From assembly GCA_041737595.1 (NCBI GenBank), contig JBGSRK010000005.1, forward strand, positions 55,185 to 119,184: 64,000 nt of DNA, written 5' to 3'. The DNA comes from Patescibacteria group bacterium. GTDB taxonomy: Bacteria; Patescibacteriota; CPR2; UBA1875. Under the pieces are notes generated by a model. The model did no database searches, was not told the origin of the DNA, and saw only the letters and a list, made by a program, of their open reading frames with translations. Shown here in pieces: positions 60,025-64,000 of the stretch. Numbering within the stretch: position 1 is the stretch's first letter; each line of letters opens with the position of its first letter. The position numbers and the translations under genes are program-made.

Positions 60025-60756
60025 CGAAGTCCGACTTCCATCAATTATCGTTTTTATTATGTATTTATTATTAATCTTATGTTTATAATATAATCATGGA
60101 TATAAAAAACTCAGATCATGAAGTTAAATTTTACTATCATATTTATAATCGTGGAGTAGAAAAAAGGAAAATATATATGGATAAAAATGATTATTATCGT
60201 TTTATCCATGACCTTTACGAATTTAATGACTCTGCCCCTACAAACCCCAACCACAGTAGAATTGATCGAAGTCGGACTTCCATCAATTCTAAAAGAGATT
60301 GTTTAGTTGAAATAATTTGTTTCTGTCTAATGCCAAATCATTATCACCTTCTTTTATCAGCTAATGATAAAAATAATCTTACTCAATTTATGAGAAAAAT
60401 AGGAACCGGATATACTAATTATTTTAATAAAAGATATGATCGAACTGGACATCTTTTCCAAGGTAAATATAAATCAGTTCTTATTGAAAATGATGAATAT
60501 TTAATACACTTATCAAGATATATACACCTAAACCCTATTAAAAATAAAGGGGCTAGTATAAAACAGTTAAATAAATATAAATATTCTAGTTATCTGGATT
60601 ATACAGGTAAAATTAATTTTCCCTCGCTTATATCAAAAGAATTTTTAGAGAACTATTTTCAAGATGCAAAAGATTATAAAAAATTTATTTTGACAGAATT
60701 TGATCAGGAACTGGAGAGTTTATAAGTAATTGATGGAAGTCCGACTTCGATCAATT
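60025..60756 (+). mobile_element. RAYT locus with three GAAGTC(C/G)GACTTC REP copies (60025-60046, 60260-60288, 60728-60756)
   Basis: REPs flank the transposase and one lies inside it; the last two are exact 29-nt reverse complements. Confidence 0.85.
60096..60725 (+). CDS. REP-associated tyrosine transposase (Y1/HUH, IS200-like)
   Basis: YHIYNRG, LMPNHYHLL (HUH), GHLFQGKY, YIHLNP, YKYSS. Confidence 0.92.
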   Translation: MDIKNSDHEVKFYYHIYNRGVEKRKIYMDKNDYYRFIHDLYEFNDSAPTNPNHSRIDRSRTSINSKRDCLVEIICFCLMPNHYHLLLSANDKNNLTQFMRKIGTGYTNYFNKRYDRTGHLFQGKYKSVLIENDEYLIHLSRYIHLNPIKNKGASIKQLNKYKYSSYLDYTGKINFPSLISKEFLENYFQDAKDYKKFILTEFDQELESL

Positions 60757-61196
60757 TAAATGGCTTTTAGTTCTTTTAATGCCTTTTCAAAATTACGAAC
60801 AGCTAAATTAGCATCTGATGAAAGCCCTTCAAAATCGGCCTCGTGGGCAACTTTGTTTCGAATTTTATGAGCGAGCCAAAGTCTATCATAGGTATCTCTT
60901 TCAAAAAGGTCGCGAGCATTTTTTAATCGGTCCGCCATTGTTTCACCTTTTACTTTTGATTTTAAAACATGGTCAACAAGTTTATCTGCTTCCATAATTG
61001 CCTGGCGATAATTTGCTGGTCCACCCGTGCTTATCATTGAATTTATTTCACCCCATTTAGCAGGAACTATCGAAAGATCAACTCTTTGGTTAAAAGAGCC
61101 TTTTCCTCCTTTATTTGGCCTCGTTACATATAAAAAATATGAAACAATAATAACAAGAAAGATTCCTACGGTTATAGCTATTGGGATAAAATCCAT
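60756..61196 (-). CDS. Membrane-anchored HEPN-like protein
   Basis: N-terminal TM; RNKVAH fits the Rx4H motif. Confidence 0.6.
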   Translation of the reverse strand: MDFIPIAITVGIFLVIIVSYFLYVTRPNKGGKGSFNQRVDLSIVPAKWGEINSMISTGGPANYRQAIMEADKLVDHVLKSKVKGETMADRLKNARDLFERDTYDRLWLAHKIRNKVAHEADFEGLSSDANLAVRNFEKALKELKAI

Positions 61197-61963
61197 TATT
61201 CCTCTTTAATATTTATCTTATTTATTATAACACTCTCTTTTGGTTTATCGTTTTCCCCAACCTCAACTTTTTCGATATTCATAACAACATCAAGCCCTGT
61301 GACTACCTGGCCAAATGCTGTATGTTTCCCATCAAGCCATTCAGTTTTTTCAGCAGTTACAATAAAAAATTGTGAACCATTTGTATCTGCACCGCTATTT
61401 GCCATTGCAAGAGTACCTCGCACAAGTTTATTCGAATTAAATTCATCTTCAAATTTATAACCAGGTCCTCCTGTCCCAACACCATCTGGGTCTCCACCTT
61501 GAATCATAAAGTCTTTAATAATTCTATGAAATGTTAATCCGTTGTAAAAACCGTCCCGAGACAGAGTAACAAAATTGTTCACTGTCTTAGGTGCATCTTT
61601 TGTAAAGAATTCAACTGAAAAATTACCTTTATTTGTTTCAAATTCAGCTGTGTATTTTTTATTTAGATCAATCTGCATATCTGGTACTTTAGTATATGTT
61701 TTTCTTTCCATTTTTACCTCTTCTTTCTTTTCTTCTTTTTTAAATAGTTCTGATATTTTTGATTTCAAATTACTTAATTTATCACCAATCTGACTCTTTG
61801 AATTCGCATATTTATATCCATAATATCCACCACCAGAAAGTATAATAAGTAGTGCTAAAATTAAAGTTAAACGAATAAACATTCGATTCCGTTTTATTTT
61901 TTTTATTTGATTTTCTACTTCTGCCCTTTTGCGCTCACTTTTTATCTTTTTTATTTTACCCAC
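61196..61963 (-). CDS. Cyclophilin-type peptidyl-prolyl isomerase with TM anchor
   Basis: FHRIIKDFMIQGGD, NGSQFFI, WLDGKHTAFG; GTG start after GGAGGG. Confidence 0.92.
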   Translation of the reverse strand: MGKIKKIKSERKRAEVENQIKKIKRNRMFIRLTLILALLIILSGGGYYGYKYANSKSQIGDKLSNLKSKISELFKKEEKKEEVKMERKTYTKVPDMQIDLNKKYTAEFETNKGNFSVEFFTKDAPKTVNNFVTLSRDGFYNGLTFHRIIKDFMIQGGDPDGVGTGGPGYKFEDEFNSNKLVRGTLAMANSGADTNGSQFFIVTAEKTEWLDGKHTAFGQVVTGLDVVMNIEKVEVGENDKPKESVIINKINIKEE

Positions 61964-62366
61964 TTTCCCTCCCAACAGGATAAATATACCACTCAATATT
62001 ACTTTCTGGCAACTCATTCTGAAACTCAGCTTGTGCATCCTTCACCGACGCTCCTGTAACCCAGGGGTTCATCCACCCATTTTTAGTTTTAACGAGCCAA
62101 TGACCCACCTTAAATTGGTCGGACTTGCCCAAATAAATAATTGATTTTTCGGAAATACTGGCACCCGTATATTTCCCCCACCGATAATTTAAGTCTGCCT
62201 TGTTGAGCACCGCTGTTATGTCTGGACAATCGCAACCATATTCCTCGACCCTGACCTCATCGAATAACTTTTTTGTATCCTTGTAGGTTTGCTTTAAAAT
62301 ACAGGCTGCGCATGCAACGCCACACCCAAATCTGTCTTCCTGTGTCACTGGGATTAGATTCATCAA
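61956..62366 (-). CDS. Peptidase C39-like papain-fold protein
   Basis: Q....CGVAC, GHWLV, MNPW. Confidence 0.65.
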   Translation of the reverse strand: MMNLIPVTQEDRFGCGVACAACILKQTYKDTKKLFDEVRVEEYGCDCPDITAVLNKADLNYRWGKYTGASISEKSIIYLGKSDQFKVGHWLVKTKNGWMNPWVTGASVKDAQAEFQNELPESNIEWYIYPVGRESG

Positions 62367-62417
62367 TCACCCGCTCTCTTCTTCCGCTCAGCTTTTATCT
62401 TTTTTATTTTTCCCATT

Positions 62418-63932
62418 TTATTTCTCCCTACTTTCATATGCATTTGCTACTTGATATATTAATGATTCACTAAATTGTGGGCCCATTATTTGCATCCCGA
62501 CTGGAAGCAGTTTGTCATTCTGAAGTTTCACTGAAGAATCTATAAAAGATCCTTCGCTCTGCTCAGGATGACGAAAAACATTACCTTTGCCATCAACCCA
62601 GCCACAAGGTAGCGCAAGTGATGGGATACCAGCGAGATTAGCATTTACGGTATATGCATCTTCAAGATACATCGCGAGTGGGTCATTTGCATGTTCTCCA
62701 ATTTTAAACGCAGTTGTTGGTGATGTTGGACCTAAAATTACATTACATTTTTCGAAAGCATCATCAAAATCTTTTTTAATTAAAGTTCGCACCTTCATGG
62801 CTTGATTATAATATGCATCAAAATATCCAGCCGAAAGAACGTAAGTTCCAAGCATTATTCTTCTTTTTGCTTCTTCACCAAAACCTTCTGTTCGAGATTT
62901 ATAATAATGATCAATTAAATTTTTTGAATCCTGAGCGCTATATCCATATTTAATTCCGTCATATCGTCCAAGATTTGAAGAAACTTCTGCGGGTTGAATT
63001 ACATAATATGTTGCAATACCATATTTTGTCATAGGGAGAGAAATATCAATAATTTCAGCCCCCATTTTTTTATATTCTTCTGACGCTGCAATTACTGCAT
63101 TTTTGACATCATTAGAGATACCTTCGGAAAAATATTCTTTTGGAAGTCCAATTTTTAACCCCTTTACGCCATTATCAATATTTTTCAAATAATCGACAGT
63201 TTTTGAGCCAGCAGAAGTAGCATCTTTTGGATCAGGACCGGACATAATTGAAAGTATATTTGCATTATCATAAACTGTTTTAGTTATCGGCCCCGGGCAA
63301 TCAAGTGAAGAAGCCATTGCAATTAAACCGTACCTTGAACAAAGACCATAAGTTGGTTTCATTCCAACAACACCACAAAAACCAGCTGGTTGACGAATTG
63401 AACCACCAGTATCAGTTCCTATTGAAAATGGGACTTCATTTGCAGCAACTGCCGCAGTGGAGCCACCAGATGAGCCTCCCGGCACGCGAGATTTGTCGTG
63501 TGGGTTTTTGCTTGGTCCAAAATCAGAATTCTCTGTGGAACCACCGTGTGCCCAAGCATCACAATTGTTTTTTCCGATGATTATAGCGCCAGCATCTCTT
63601 AATTTTTTAACAACTGTCGCATCTTCTACTGGAATATAATTTTCAAGCATTTTTGATGAAGCTGTTGTTGTAACCCCCTTTGTTAATATAACGTCTTTTA
63701 TCGCAACCGGAACTCCGTCTATTTCAGAAAGGGTTGCACCCTTTTTACGTCTTTTGTCTGATTCTTCTGCTTGTTTTAATACGTCATTATTCATTGCTAA
63801 AAATGCATGAATTTCACCATCAACTTTTTTAATTTGAGCAAGGTATGCTTTTACAATCTCAACCGAAGTCAGCTCATTATTTTTGAGCTTTTCTGAAAGT
63901 TCTTTAATTGTAAATTTAATGGTTTCTTTCAT
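62418..63932 (-). CDS. gatA: Asp/Glu-tRNA amidotransferase subunit A
   Basis: PVAIKD, GGSSGGS, GTDTGGSIRQPA, RYDG, RRIMLGT. Confidence 0.97.
   Translation of the reverse strand: MKETIKFTIKELSEKLKNNELTSVEIVKAYLAQIKKVDGEIHAFLAMNNDVLKQAEESDKRRKKGATLSEIDGVPVAIKDVILTKGVTTTASSKMLENYIPVEDATVVKKLRDAGAIIIGKNNCDAWAHGGSTENSDFGPSKNPHDKSRVPGGSSGGSTAAVAANEVPFSIGTDTGGSIRQPAGFCGVVGMKPTYGLCSRYGLIAMASSLDCPGPITKTVYDNANILSIMSGPDPKDATSAGSKTVDYLKNIDNGVKGLKIGLPKEYFSEGISNDVKNAVIAASEEYKKMGAEIIDISLPMTKYGIATYYVIQPAEVSSNLGRYDGIKYGYSAQDSKNLIDHYYKSRTEGFGEEAKRRIMLGTYVLSAGYFDAYYNQAMKVRTLIKKDFDDAFEKCNVILGPTSPTTAFKIGEHANDPLAMYLEDAYTVNANLAGIPSLALPCGWVDGKGNVFRHPEQSEGSFIDSSVKLQNDKLLPVGMQIMGPQFSESLIYQVANAYESREK
62514..62572 (-). 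repeat. Palindromic repeat inserted in frame in gatA (RHPEQSEGSFIDSSVKLQND)
   Basis: GTCATCCTGAGCAGAGCGAAGGATCT-TTTAT-AGATTCTTCAGTGAAACTTCAGAATGAC, same family as 51575-51673. Confidence 0.85.
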
Positions 63933-63933
63933 T

Positions 63934-64000
63934 TTATAACCCCTTGATATCTTTTTCATATAATGATTTTGCAAGCTCTTTTGCTTTTTCTGAAGTGATT
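63934..64000 (-). CDS. 3' end of an upstream gene (partial)
   Basis: Frame ...ITSEKAKELAKSLYEKDIKGL* ending just before the gatA start. Confidence 0.45.
   Translation of the reverse strand, partial: ITSEKAKELAKSLYEKDIKGL

Noticed and set aside
2524-63639. Many short ORFs in the track antisense to or nested in core genes (e.g. 2935-3432, 19303-19908, 23633-24070)
   Set aside because: Shadow ORFs of well-supported genes, without RBS or motifs
63729-63747. 19-nt match in gatA to the palindrome at 59801-59819
   Set aside because: No apparent length insertion in GatA at this position; chance or convergence cannot be excluded
1-64000. CRISPR array, rRNA, prophage structural genes or reverse transcriptase
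   Set aside because: No regularly spaced direct repeats, rRNA-like tracts or recognisable motifs were seen

Overview
AT-rich bacterial chromosome segment in genetic code 11, almost entirely on the minus strand. Gene content points to a Patescibacteria/CPR genome (inference). Core genes are rpoBC, rpsL-rpsG-fusA, tuf-rpsJ, trxA-tig-clpP, recG, tyrS, a class A PBP, murB, radA, clpC, nusA, rplS-rnhB, dnaE, gatA/gatB, rpsA-infB-rbfA-nrnA and tRNA-Leu(UAG). The window also has a 2543-aa LamG/DUF2341/FN3 surface protein and a REP-associated tyrosine transposase (RAYT). The most unusual signal is eight GC-richer islets (spot counts about 43-52% GC versus about 25-35% in flanking genes) placed between housekeeping genes, one of them inside the str operon. 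Each looks like a self-contained transcription unit: sigma70-type promoter, 5' leader, strong SD, small orphan membrane or Cys-rich ORFs, and a GC-rich 3' hairpin. In six of the eight, the trailer after the last stop codon is complementary (10-13 bp) to the 5' end, SD or start codon of the same transcript, with G-U pairs valid only on the transcribed strand. This suggests closed-loop mRNAs, several of them possibly translationally silenced. Secondary signals are palindromic repeats inserted in frame in GatA, the RAYT and the giant protein, an A9 frameshift in tig, and leaderless host genes. All pairings were found by eye, not computed.
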